Part shown: piece after piece, positions 1-8,909 of the stretch | Layout of the letters: each line of letters starts with the position of its first letter | Position numbering within the stretch: the first letter of the stretch is position 1 | DNA from: a virus | Lineage: Duplodnaviria > Heunggongvirae > Uroviricota > Caudoviricetes | Reading direction: 5' to 3' (one strand) | Virus record (IMG/VR): IMGVR_UViG_2875703104_000002 | DNA length: 37,887 bases | Notes under the pieces: model-generated | Database searches by the model: none | What the model was told of the DNA's origin: nothing | The model's input: the letters and a program-made list of their open reading frames with translations, nothing else | Translations under genes and position numbers: made by a program

Positions 1-498
1 ATGACAGGAAGTCAGGTCATTGATGCTGAAGAGGACAGGCATAAACTGGTTGTAGAGTACAAGGATGCTCTGCAACCTGCCGATTTTTATCACAATTTCA
101 AACAACGGGGTATCCGCTCCGTACAGCTTATTCCCCATCTTGAATTTGATGACCGGGGCGATCTGACGGCCGCTTCGGTGACAGCAGAGCTGTGGGGGAA
201 ATTTTTAATTGCCCTGTTCGAGTGTTGGGTACGGGCAGATATCAGTCGTATTTCGATTGAGCTTTTTGACGCCACCCTACAAAAATGGTGTGGCAGCGAA
301 AACCCGCAACCGCGTCGTGGCTGCCAGGCGTGCGACTGGCATCGCCTGTGCCCGCACGCTCGGGAGGAGACGCCAGACAACGTGCTTTGTGCGGGCTATC
401 AGGCGTTTTATTCTTACTCCGCGCCGCATATGCGGGTGATGCGTGATCTGATAAAGCAGCATCGTTCTCCCATGGAGCTGATGACGATGCTGCGGTGA
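1..498 (+). CDS. yidF: YidF-like truncated anaerobic sulfatase-maturase (radical-SAM family C-terminal part); host gene
   Basis: 165-aa ORF with a Cys-rich C-terminal region (CQACDWHRLC...C). I recognise it as E. coli YidF. It is convergent with emrD across a 7-bp gap, matching my recollection of the K-12 arrangement. Confidence 0.75.
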   Translation: MTGSQVIDAEEDRHKLVVEYKDALQPADFYHNFKQRGIRSVQLIPHLEFDDRGDLTAASVTAELWGKFLIALFECWVRADISRISIELFDATLQKWCGSENPQPRRGCQACDWHRLCPHAREETPDNVLCAGYQAFYSYSAPHMRVMRDLIKQHRSPMELMTMLR

Positions 499-505
499 CG
501 TGAGC

Positions 506-1690
506 TTAAACAGGCTGCCCCTGATGCGACATCCGCGTCGCCAGCGGTAGCCAGCACAGCACGATCAACAATCCCATTAAGGTCATCAACAATCCCAGGC
601 TGCCCTGACCGGTTTGCGGCAACATCGCAGAGAGCGACGCCAGCACGCCGGAACCAATGTTTTGCAGACCGCCGACCAGCGCGCCAGCGGTGCCCGCCAG
701 GAAGGGGAACGGCTCCATCGCGCCGCTGGTAGCCAGTGGAAACAGCATCCCGGCACCGAAAAAGAACAGCGCGGCGGGAATGAGCAGCGTCCAGACATTC
801 ATCACGCCAAACCAGTCGGGGATCCACATCAGCAAGCCAGCCAGCAGGCAACAGATAACCGACTGCCACATCAACGTTGAGAAGCGCTTATTGGGACGTC
901 CGGCAAACCATGCGCCAAAAAATGCCGCCGGAATCGGCAGAATAAACAAAATACTGACCGTCATACTGCTCAGCCCTAACACCGCGCCCATCAGCACGCC
1001 GGAGCAGGCTTCAAATGCGGCAATCCCGGCCAGACCGCCAATCAGCATCAGCAAATAACAGTTAAAACCGCTGTTACCGAAAAGCGTTTTATAACTGGTA
1101 AGCAGGCGCGTGCGCGGTGCGTCGACCGGACGCGTTTCCGGCATCCAGCGGGCCATACTGAAAGTCACACCGGCACAAAGAACCAACAAAAAGAGATAAC
1201 AGGCACGCCAGTTCCACATCGTATCCAGCAGACCGCCGATTAGCGGTGCGAGCAGCGGACTGACAAGAATCCCCATGTTTAACAGGCTGTTAGCGTGGCG
1301 CAACTGTGTCCGTTCATATAAATCGCGCGGCAAAGTACGCGCCATTACGCCGCCAACGCCGGTGCCCATCCCCTGCATCGCGCTGGCGGCAATCAATACC
1401 ATCAAACTGGAGGTCGTGACCGCGACCAGCGTTGCCAGCATAAAAATGGACATTCCGACGAGGATCACCGGTCGGCGACCCACGCGGTCGGAAATCGGGC
1501 CATAAAACAGCTGTGAGACACCGTAAGTCAGCAGATAAGCGCCCATTACGCTCTGCACCGCCCCTTCACGGACATTGAGATCGCGCGCCATATCGGCAAT
1601 AGCTGGAATATAAATGGTTTGCGCCATCTGACCGACGGCCACGAGTAATACCAACATCAATAACAAATTGACGTTTCTATGCCTTTTCAT
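506..1690 (-). CDS. emrD: MFS multidrug efflux transporter EmrD; host gene
   Basis: Highly hydrophobic polytopic ORF. The sequence MKRHRNVNLLLMLVLLVAVGQMAQTIYIPAIADMARDLNV... is recognised as EmrD. The ORF track starts two codons earlier at 1696 (MIMKR); I chose the third codon to give the recalled 394-aa length. Confidence 0.9.
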   Translation of the reverse strand: MKRHRNVNLLLMLVLLVAVGQMAQTIYIPAIADMARDLNVREGAVQSVMGAYLLTYGVSQLFYGPISDRVGRRPVILVGMSIFMLATLVAVTTSSLMVLIAASAMQGMGTGVGGVMARTLPRDLYERTQLRHANSLLNMGILVSPLLAPLIGGLLDTMWNWRACYLFLLVLCAGVTFSMARWMPETRPVDAPRTRLLTSYKTLFGNSGFNCYLLMLIGGLAGIAAFEACSGVLMGAVLGLSSMTVSILFILPIPAAFFGAWFAGRPNKRFSTLMWQSVICCLLAGLLMWIPDWFGVMNVWTLLIPAALFFFGAGMLFPLATSGAMEPFPFLAGTAGALVGGLQNIGSGVLASLSAMLPQTGQGSLGLLMTLMGLLIVLCWLPLATRMSHQGQPV

Positions 1691-1856
1691 TATCACGGAT
1701 GCTTTTATAAAAATAATTAGAATAAGTCACTACGCATTCCCATAAATGCGGGAGAGGAATCTATCACATTGATGAATGTTAGCCAGATATACGCCAGGAA
1801 TGGGGAATTGTTTAGCGGCAGAATATGTAAACAAAAGCGGCAATAAATGTTGCCGG

Positions 1857-1935
1857 TGAAGCGGCGCACGAAAAACGCGAAAGCGTTTCACGATAAATGC
1901 GAAAACTTTAGCTTTCGCGCTTCAAATGAAACAGC
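1857..1935 (-). repeat. Mu right end (attR) with transposase-binding repeats R1-R3
   Basis: TGAAGCGGCGCACGAAAAACGCGAAAGCGTTTCACGATAAATGCGAAAAC is recognised as the Mu R-end. CGAAA-containing repeats occur twice in one orientation, and an inverted copy (GCTTTCGCG) follows. The flanking pentamer GCCGG (1852-1856) fits the Mu target consensus N-Y-(G/C)-R-N. Confidence 0.85.
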
Positions 1936-1951
1936 AGTATTAATTACTGCT
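1933..1951. terminator. Hairpin between mom stop and the Mu right end
   Basis: AGCAGTA-TTAAT-TACTGCT forms a 7-bp stem. On the plus strand it is followed by TTTTATT; on the minus strand it is followed by GTTTCATTT. It could terminate transcription in both directions. Confidence 0.45.
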
Positions 1952-1953
1952 TT

Positions 1954-2697
1954 TTATTCATTACATGGGGATCGCTTAGGGTATGGCTGAACCTTGAATA
2001 GTTTGGTATTTAGCCGCTTCCTTGCTCGCTTGTTCAGGAATCTGATGTAGCGATACTGATTAAATTTGTGCACCACGGCACGCTCTTTATTAGCCCGTAA
2101 ATACACGCCTCGTTGTCCACCTCGCTTAATCGCGTTCATCGTTATCTCGTGATACCACTCACCATCCAGCTCGTAGAATGTACTTTCATGACTGCCAATA
2201 AAATCAAAATTCGACGCCTGATACACAACGCCTGCGCGTCCGCAGCGTTCGTCTGCAAAGGACTGAACCCACTCCACTGACGGATACAGTAACCTGATGG
2301 TTTTCAGTGCATAACTGATGACCCGTGATTCAGAGTTGCGGGGCATGTCATCGTGTAGCCACATGCGGTTCAACTCCATATAGCCCCGGTTATCCGTTTC
2401 AAGCACGACACGACGACCTGAGTTGGGGTTAAGGGCATATCCCCACTGGAGAACGCCAACCAGATCGCGTCCGCTGAATACTCCCAGGTGGAGGTAAGAG
2501 TTATTCACAAAACGGCGGGAATAGTGCTTTGTCTGAATAATTGTGCGGGCCAGCCAACAGGATATGGTTTCAACGCGCAGCTCCTTTGAACCATAGCCAA
2601 CAATCTGGCCTTCATACTCAATAACGCACGGTTTCGTCAGAATGCGTGATTTCTTCTCTTTTCCCACAATGTTTCTCCGTGGGATGCTCGCAGGCAT
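1954..2697 (-). CDS. mom: Mom DNA-modification enzyme (adenine carbamoylmethylation, anti-restriction)
   Basis: The translation is recognised as Mu Mom. Its 5' end overlaps the com 3' end as in Mu. The true start is uncertain because the Mu protein is annotated shorter in my memory. Confidence 0.9.
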   Translation of the reverse strand: MPASIPRRNIVGKEKKSRILTKPCVIEYEGQIVGYGSKELRVETISCWLARTIIQTKHYSRRFVNNSYLHLGVFSGRDLVGVLQWGYALNPNSGRRVVLETDNRGYMELNRMWLHDDMPRNSESRVISYALKTIRLLYPSVEWVQSFADERCGRAGVVYQASNFDFIGSHESTFYELDGEWYHEITMNAIKRGGQRGVYLRANKERAVVHKFNQYRYIRFLNKRARKRLNTKLFKVQPYPKRSPCNE

Positions 2698-2806
2698 TCA
2701 GCATTATGATGTGACGTTTGCAACGCGGACACCTGATTTCAATGTGAACAAAGGAATCCGCCTTAAATAACAGTTTGTTGCAGTTTTTACAGCGAATTGA
2801 TTTCAT
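2618..2806 (-). CDS. com: Com zinc-finger translational activator of mom
   Basis: 62 aa beginning [16 protein letters not shown], with CxxC...CxxC. GGAGGTGAG precedes the ATG. Recognised as Mu Com. Confidence 0.92.
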   Translation of the reverse strand: MKSIRCKNCNKLLFKADSFVHIEIRCPRCKRHIIMLNACEHPTEKHCGKREEITHSDETVRY

Positions 2807-2920
2807 CTCACCTCCTTTGCATCAATTCGCCACTATCTTAAAAAACATCATGAGTTGAGTGTGGTTATTGGGGCATAATCGATCTGTATTACCGATCGAT
2901 TCAATTGATTCGATCGTCGT
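2807..2920 (-). promoter_or_regulatory. Pmom late promoter with C-activator dyad and Dam/OxyR control region
   Basis: On the minus strand, GTTTTTTAAGAT gives a -10 TAAGAT (plus-strand 2835-2840). The dyad TTAT-N6-ATAA lies at 2865-2878. Three GATC sites lie at 2881, 2894 and 2912. This matches the recalled organisation of the Mu mom control region. Confidence 0.8.
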
Positions 2921-2933
2921 TTTCTATATGTGT

Positions 2934-3062
2934 TCGCTACGGCTGGGTATCATTTCCGACGAGAATAAACAAAAATTAACCGAGTGGATGCTCTATGCGC
3001 AGAAGGTCGAATATACAGACACCTCCAGCCTGCCAGTAACGTTTCCCGAACAACCAGAATGA
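2934..3062 (+). pseudogene. 3' remnant (about 42 codons) of a second tail-fibre assembly gene (U'-like)
   Basis: SLRLGIISDENKQKLTEWMLYAQKVEYTDTSSLPVTFPEQPE* aligns with the C-terminus of the intact U on the opposite strand ([39 protein letters not shown]). It is convergent with U, as U' is in the Mu G segment. The upstream part of the 67-aa track ORF is merely the mom regulatory DNA. Confidence 0.8.
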
Positions 3063-3090
3063 GAGAAGGCCCGGTATCGGGGCTTAATTT

Positions 3091-3618
3091 TTACTCTGGT
3101 TTTTGTGGCCATTCTGGCTTTGCTGTATCCACACGGCTGACCAGAACGCTGTAGCGTTCCCAGGCTTCCAGTCGTGTGCGCTCCTCATCCGTCGCCATAT
3201 TCAGCCTGACAGCGCGTTCCAGCTGCTGGATGACTGATTCAGCTTCGGAAAGCAATGCGGCCTTTTGTAATTCGGCCTGCTGTTGCTGCTCGTCTGCCGT
3301 ATAAATCCGTTTAACCACAGCTCCGTCCTTAAACAGCCACTTTCCTGAATCGTCGGCGCGACGATTGGCGGTGATATCGGGAACTTCGACAACGCTGTAG
3401 CCTGTAGGGTCCAGTGTTGAAGCGTCTCTGGTTACGGCCACAATAATATTGTTCTCGTCGTAAAGAATTTTTATTGTGTCCGGCTGAAAGTTCTTCACTT
3501 CCTCATACCAGTTTTTTCCGTCTTCTGACCACAGCCAGGCAACATTAAAATTTTTTGTTAGCTGATATTGCTCAACGGTTTTTGGATTGCCGGCGACAAT
3601 GTTTTTTAAATGCTGCAT
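3091..3618 (-). CDS. U: Tail-fibre assembly chaperone (Mu U / Tfa family)
   Basis: 175 aa with the conserved N-terminus MQHLKNI.AGNPKT..QYQLTK and a C-terminal ...WPQKPE. It lies immediately downstream of the fibre gene. Confidence 0.9.
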   Translation of the reverse strand: MQHLKNIVAGNPKTVEQYQLTKNFNVAWLWSEDGKNWYEEVKNFQPDTIKILYDENNIIVAVTRDASTLDPTGYSVVEVPDITANRRADDSGKWLFKDGAVVKRIYTADEQQQQAELQKAALLSEAESVIQQLERAVRLNMATDEERTRLEAWERYSVLVSRVDTAKPEWPQKPE

Positions 3619-3621
3619 AAA

Positions 3622-6266
3622 TTACACCTGTGACACGTTGTACCACGTTCCGTTAATTAACTTTTGTATTGGTCTGAATACTGCCGGATCGTCGCCATCA
3701 ACTTCGCCGACAATGCCAAGCCCGGTAATTACATGGCCTGATTTCTCATACATCACGCCTTTTTGCATGGTCTGAACAACACGTGTGCCAAGTCGGACAT
3801 CCCTCACGTATCGGCCATCAAAATTGCCGTAATCCGAGGGGTTAACGCGCCCCGTAATATTTACGGTTTTATTACTCTGAATGCTGCCGGAAACAAAGCG
3901 CATAACATGGACGTTATTAGCATAAACATCCAGATTACCATCACCATTTTGTTTAAAGCCCGTGTCATTATCACCCAAAACAATCGAATTACCGCCAAGA
4001 GCACTGGATGTTCCTATACCCAGAGCACCATTCAATTGACCACCAGATAACGGCAGTGCACCGACATCTCCCGCTGTAGGTTTTCGCGTTGTGGTATAAA
4101 ACTCAGACCAGTCAGCCTCGAATCCGTAACCGTCACGAGCAGAACGATAAAAAATACCACCGTTCTTATAATTAACGCGAAACTGGGCGGCGGGACAACT
4201 TCCTTCACCGATATTAAAATGAAGAATTAACGTTGATGCCCCACCAATATTTGCGTTATAGGCTCCGCTACTCCAGTTCCATCCAACGGCTTTATCATTC
4301 GCAACGGTGTCTCCTGTTTTTCCTGAAGCAAATGCACCAATATTTTTCGGCGTCAGGTTAATATCTGATGTTCCATCAAACGAAACGTTATTAATTTTAT
4401 TCCTGAAGCAAATGCACCAATATTTTTCGGCGTCAGGTTAATATCTGATGTTCCATCAAACGAAACGTTATTAATTTTACGGGCTGTTTTCAGCTTTGTT
4501 GCTGTCGCCGCATTGCCGGACAGTTCACCAGAAAGGCCAGCACTGAATGCCTGTTTCGCGCCCCATGTCTGGGCTTCGTCAATGATTGGTACTCGTCTTG
4601 TTGTGATCGTGCGGCTTCCCGGATTTCCTGAAATGCGCACCATAAAAAAGCGGTAGTTGGCTTTACTTACAGTGCTGCGCCATACATGCATTGAGCGCCC
4701 CGTACCGGAATCATCACTCGGACCAACTGCGATGTTTATCAGGTTGCCATCAATGACGCCCCAGTCCATACCGTCGGGAATATTGGTCATATTATCCAGC
4801 CGAACGGTTATCAGACTGCCCGGCACAAAATCGTAGGTCTGCCAGTCCAGACTGGATAGTTTTGCCACTGCGCCACCGATGCCCAGATTCAGGGGAAGTG
4901 AATAAGATGTGTAAACTTCCCGCCATTCGCTCCATGAGCTGCCGGTAAAAACGCGCTCAAACGTGCGACCTTTAAGGGTTGTACCTGTTCCGGCAGTTGT
5001 ATAACGCTGCCATACGTTAACACCATCAAAGCGCCTCAACACTTCCAGAATACCGAGGACTGTCACGCCGTTTCCGTCCAGTATTGGACCGTTGGTTGCT
5101 TTACCTGTAACGCTGTAAATACCTGGTGAAGTCACATCATTCAAATCCCCGTCGTAATAACGACTCTCTGACTGATGACCGACTCTTAACCACGGTTCCC
5201 ACTGTGGGTTCTCTGCATTCCATGTAGCAGAAAGGCAGCGAACATATACGTTCCCACGGCGGGTCGTATAGCGTTGCGTGCGTGAGTACCCACCACCCTC
5301 AAGAACTTCAAGGAGTCCCTGACCATAACTTCCTTCTTCCGGATAGTTGCGGTCAAATGAAGCGATAGAGCCACTACTGTTTCGCCATAAACCAAGATGC
5401 TCTGCGCCTCCTAGCGTGTTCAGGTCAATAGCTGTGCTCAGGGGGCGTGTTGCAGACTGAATCTGACGCCAGTAGCTCCACGGACCGTCTGAGCCATTCC
5501 AGGTGCCAGAAAGATTACGCATATAAACATTGCCAGTTCTGGTGGTATAACGCTGCATTCCGGAAAAATTACCGCCATTGAAGACCTCAAGAACACCGAC
5601 TGCACCGTCTTCAGGGAAATTTTTCTCCAGTGTTGCGTTGGAGGATGTGGATTTATACCAGACACCCACATAAGCCTTAACTGGACCAAATGTATTGATA
5701 TCAGCATCAACCGGCATTTCGCCGTTGTTTTTCATAAACGTCAGGCTGGTAACGCCAACATTGTCCAGAAAAGCTGATTTATCCTGGATATCTGCACCAT
5801 TCTGATTTTTCGCCAGACGTGAATTTGCGTTGTCATTTGCTGCCTTGACCGCTTTTGGCGTTGCGGCGAGTGCTTCGGATGTGCTGTTGGTAGCACTACT
5901 TAGCTGAACCAGCCCCTTTTTGCTCACGCTGGCATCATAAATACCCAGATTTTCACGTGCTGTGCGCTGTGCTGATGCCCCGGCAGTTTTTATTTCGCTG
6001 AGGTTATTTTTTATCAGCAGCGCGTTCTTGTTCATGATGGCTTTAATGGACAGTGCAAGCTGGTTTAATTTTGTTTTATCCGGTTGAATACCGGCTTCTT
6101 CCAGCGTGTTTAATAACTCCGCCTGCACAATATTAAACCAGTCCATGCCGGGCCATGTGATAACATTATTCCCGTCACCTTCTGAAAACCAGCGAACGAT
6201 AGCACTACGCTGGGCGGATACGGGCGGCATGACGGTTACGCCGCTGTCGTTATCAATATAAAACAT
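3622..6266 (-). pseudogene. S: Tail fibre S, mosaic and frameshifted by an 80-bp tandem duplication
   Basis: The first ~165 aa match the recalled Mu S constant part (MFYIDNDSGVTVMPPVSAQRSAIVRWF...). The ORF stops at 4353 after 15 out-of-frame codons. The region 4352-3622 is open in another frame and encodes a typical fibre distal end (...GNFDGRYVRDVRLGTRVVQ...INGTWYNVSQV). Removing one 80-bp copy gives a single 854-codon ORF. Confidence 0.9.
4320..4479. repeat. Perfect 80-bp head-to-tail tandem duplication inside the fibre gene
   Basis: 4320-4399 and 4400-4479 are identical at 80/80 positions by direct comparison of the printed sequence. Confidence 0.97.
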
Positions 6267-6808
6267 TAGTTATCTCCGTCATGGTAAACAAATTTATAAA
6301 TCTGATGCGCGGGTTTATATTTCTCCAGTAAACATTCCAGCGCACCCGATTCATAAACACGTAACGGCGTCAGAACATTATCCAGCACCGTTGCGTTGCG
6401 ATAATTTTTAATACCGTAAATATTGACCTGCGTAACCCACTGGCCTTCTGTGGAATCCGTCAGCCTGACGGTAAAACCGTACTGCGCAGCCAGCCATTCA
6501 TAAAAGCGCCGACTCAGATTGCCGGTCATACGCATTTTATTCGCGGCAGCCCGCTGGCGTTCGGACAGGGTGCCGTTTTCGCTTGTACAGTCCGGCAACC
6601 CCAGAAATGATTCCCACTCCCCCAGATACCAGCGGGATGTGGACGGGAAACGCTCCCGCAGCATTTGCCGCGCATCATCCGCCGCAGTGGCAATCACGTC
6701 GCTGATGGCCTGCGCCAGCGCAGATAATTTGCTGTCGGGGCTTTTATTCCAGGCAAGCCCTGACGGCAGTAATTGCAGAAAGGCCGTCTGATAGGGTGTT
6801 ACAGCCAT
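6266..6808 (-). CDS. R: Baseplate/tail protein gp48
   Basis: 180 aa, overlapping the W stop and the S start. Position and length match Mu R. Confidence 0.8.
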   Translation of the reverse strand: MAVTPYQTAFLQLLPSGLAWNKSPDSKLSALAQAISDVIATAADDARQMLRERFPSTSRWYLGEWESFLGLPDCTSENGTLSERQRAAANKMRMTGNLSRRFYEWLAAQYGFTVRLTDSTEGQWVTQVNIYGIKNYRNATVLDNVLTPLRVYESGALECLLEKYKPAHQIYKFVYHDGDN

Positions 6809-7881
6809 TCAATTGTCCCCGGTGTTAACAGTTCCGTATTCTCCGAACGCTGGATCTCTGTCGGGAAACGCACTTCAAAATCATCCAGACCGGTAACACC
6901 TGCCACCGCACGGATAATACGGGAGGGGGCAAGTGCGCCGCCCGGCGTCACCTCATTAAAAAACATGGTATTAATGGCGTGGGTAATAGCCTGTTTCAGT
7001 TCGGCTGTCTTCGGTGATATATAAATCCGTGGATTTACCGGCTTTGCCTTTGGCGCAAATACCGTGACATTTACACCGTCAGGCTGCCCGACAATCAGGC
7101 CGGTTATCGGGTCAGTATGACCGGCGATATAATCCGCCACACGTTCCACGTCTGCCGGTTGTGGAAAAATATTGCTCCGGTTATCCATAACAAACGTCAC
7201 CCCGACTGTGCCACCGCCTTTCCATGTCGGAAAACACCAGGCACGGGTAACGCCGCTGACTTCACGCGCCCAGCGGACGTAATCAAACTGATTACCGCCG
7301 AACGGAGGATACTGGACACGATATTCCAGCCGTGACAGCAGCTCCGCTGCACTCTCAATATCAGCCCCACCGGAAAACCCTTTTACAGTGATGGCATCGG
7401 AAACAACACAGGCAACCGGGGTGATCAACGTTAAAAGGGTATTCTCACCGGTATTTCCTGCCTCACCGGCAGCCAGTGCGGTAACGGTAATTTCCGTCGT
7501 TCCTGCACGGTCAATCACAATGGCATCAGCCAGGCTGTAAACCACACCATCAGCACGCTGCCAGCGTGTACCGGCAGGAATGGTGGTCGCTGCCGATGTG
7601 GTGACAGTCAGCGGGCCGCTGGCGGCTGTCGCCTGTTTGCGGCGCACGCCCCAGAACCGGCAGTGCTCCAGCAACTCATCTTCATCTGCTGTCGACGGGA
7701 TAATCTGCCGTCCAACCCATGAAATATGCTCGTGACAACCGGCAGCAAGGCCCGCCTGAGCATAAGCAATGGCACTCAGCGTTTTTTCACGGGCCTGAGG
7801 CCAGCTACCCGGCAGGCGCTGTTCAATATTCTGTTCTGTACGGGCAATCAGCGATGATAATGTCGGTGGTGAATAAGCCAT
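6799..7881 (-). CDS. W: Baseplate J-like wedge protein gp47
   Basis: 360 aa. Position and sequence match Mu W. Confidence 0.85.
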   Translation of the reverse strand: MAYSPPTLSSLIARTEQNIEQRLPGSWPQAREKTLSAIAYAQAGLAAGCHEHISWVGRQIIPSTADEDELLEHCRFWGVRRKQATAASGPLTVTTSAATTIPAGTRWQRADGVVYSLADAIVIDRAGTTEITVTALAAGEAGNTGENTLLTLITPVACVVSDAITVKGFSGGADIESAAELLSRLEYRVQYPPFGGNQFDYVRWAREVSGVTRAWCFPTWKGGGTVGVTFVMDNRSNIFPQPADVERVADYIAGHTDPITGLIVGQPDGVNVTVFAPKAKPVNPRIYISPKTAELKQAITHAINTMFFNEVTPGGALAPSRIIRAVAGVTGLDDFEVRFPTEIQRSENTELLTPGTIEWL

Positions 7882-8319
7882 TTAAACCCCGTTAAATGCT
7901 GCTTTAAACTCATAAGGAATAACGGAACCATCCGGTAATGTCAGTGCAATGTAGAGGTATAACCAGCCCTGATGTAACTGTTCCGCTCTGACGTTAATCG
8001 CACTTACCCGGCCCGCTGTTTTCAGCCATTCCAGCGCCTCTTCGGCATACCCTCTGGCGCGTTCCAGCGTATCCGGTGTGGCTTTTTCACGTGATAACAG
8101 CCACAACCGCGAACCGATGGGGCGGTCGCGGTAACTGTCCCCCCACCATCCACGGCGATCATCTGAACCATCCGGCAGCGTGTCAGAATCCAGCGCGCGC
8201 CGGTCGGTAAACAGGGAGATTGTCACATCGGTTGTCAGGCTGTCGTCGGTCAGCATATCAATGCCATCCTGTGCAATATCGCCGCGTCCGTTCGTCCAGA
8301 TAATGGCTAAATCGGTCAT
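7882..8319 (-). CDS. V: Baseplate protein gp46 (GP46 family)
   Basis: 145 aa. Position matches Mu V. Confidence 0.85.
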   Translation of the reverse strand: MTDLAIIWTNGRGDIAQDGIDMLTDDSLTTDVTISLFTDRRALDSDTLPDGSDDRRGWWGDSYRDRPIGSRLWLLSREKATPDTLERARGYAEEALEWLKTAGRVSAINVRAEQLHQGWLYLYIALTLPDGSVIPYEFKAAFNGV

Positions 8320-8909
8320 TGCATTGGCCCCGTGGTTCCGCCGCTGTCGCCACGGTGGATATGCTTATCCGTCGATTTGCCATTGATGATGGCATCCGGG
8401 GCAGTAATATTGCTGTCGAACTGGCTTTTACCTTTAACGCCCAGACCTTTCTGGATCTCAACGTCGCCGGTAAACGTGGTTCTGGGTGTGTCAACGGTCA
8501 TACTTTCATCAGCGTAAACCTCGACCGTTTTACAGGTAATGATGCAGCGTCCGTCCTTTGTCAGCCTGATACGATGCCCCTCATGGTGGTAAATGCCTGC
8601 ATCACCCGGTTCAAGATTTGTCGGGCGGTAGCGGCGGTCTTCCACCACAACGGCGATCCCCTGATCACGTTGTGCACCCACACAGGCAATCAGCGCCTCT
8701 GCGCCCGGCAGGGGAACGCTGAAATGTCCGTAATTTTGCAGGCGCTCCACTTCATCGGATTCCTCATCATCCAGCAGACCGACCTGCAGGTTCTGAACCT
8801 TTCGCCCGTCGTTAATCACGTTAACAACAGCGCGCGCAAGCATCAGGCGCACACGACGCATCAGCGGCGTCAGCAGGCGGTTCAGGGCGGAATCATTTAC
8901 TCTTTCCAC
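8316..8909 (-). CDS. Q: Baseplate central spike/assembly protein gp45
   Basis: 197 aa. Position matches Mu Q. Confidence 0.85.
   Translation of the reverse strand: MERVNDSALNRLLTPLMRRVRLMLARAVVNVINDGRKVQNLQVGLLDDEESDEVERLQNYGHFSVPLPGAEALIACVGAQRDQGIAVVVEDRRYRPTNLEPGDAGIYHHEGHRIRLTKDGRCIITCKTVEVYADESMTVDTPRTTFTGDVEIQKGLGVKGKSQFDSNITAPDAIINGKSTDKHIHRGDSGGTTGPMQ

Noticed and set aside
414-869. 151-aa minus-strand ORF spanning the yidF/emrD junction, plus other short ORFs inside emrD
   Set aside because: It overlaps two confidently identified host genes in alternative frames and has no independent support.
2859-3062. 67-aa plus-strand ORF treated as an intact gene
   Set aside because: Its 5' 25 codons are simply the mom promoter/GATC control region read in frame. 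Only the last ~42 codons have chaperone (U') similarity, so it is a remnant rather than a gene.
5757-5783. Possible gixL recombination site at the constant/variable junction of S
   Set aside because: A codon-by-codon comparison with the recalled gix sequence (TTATCCAAAACCTCGGTTTACAGGAA) gives only ~11/27 matches. There is no inverted partner and no invertase gene in the window.
3622-6266. A diversity-generating retroelement or shufflon as an explanation for the variable fibre
   Set aside because: There is no reverse transcriptase or recombinase ORF and no template/variable repeat pair. The only DNA repeat is the direct 80-bp duplication.
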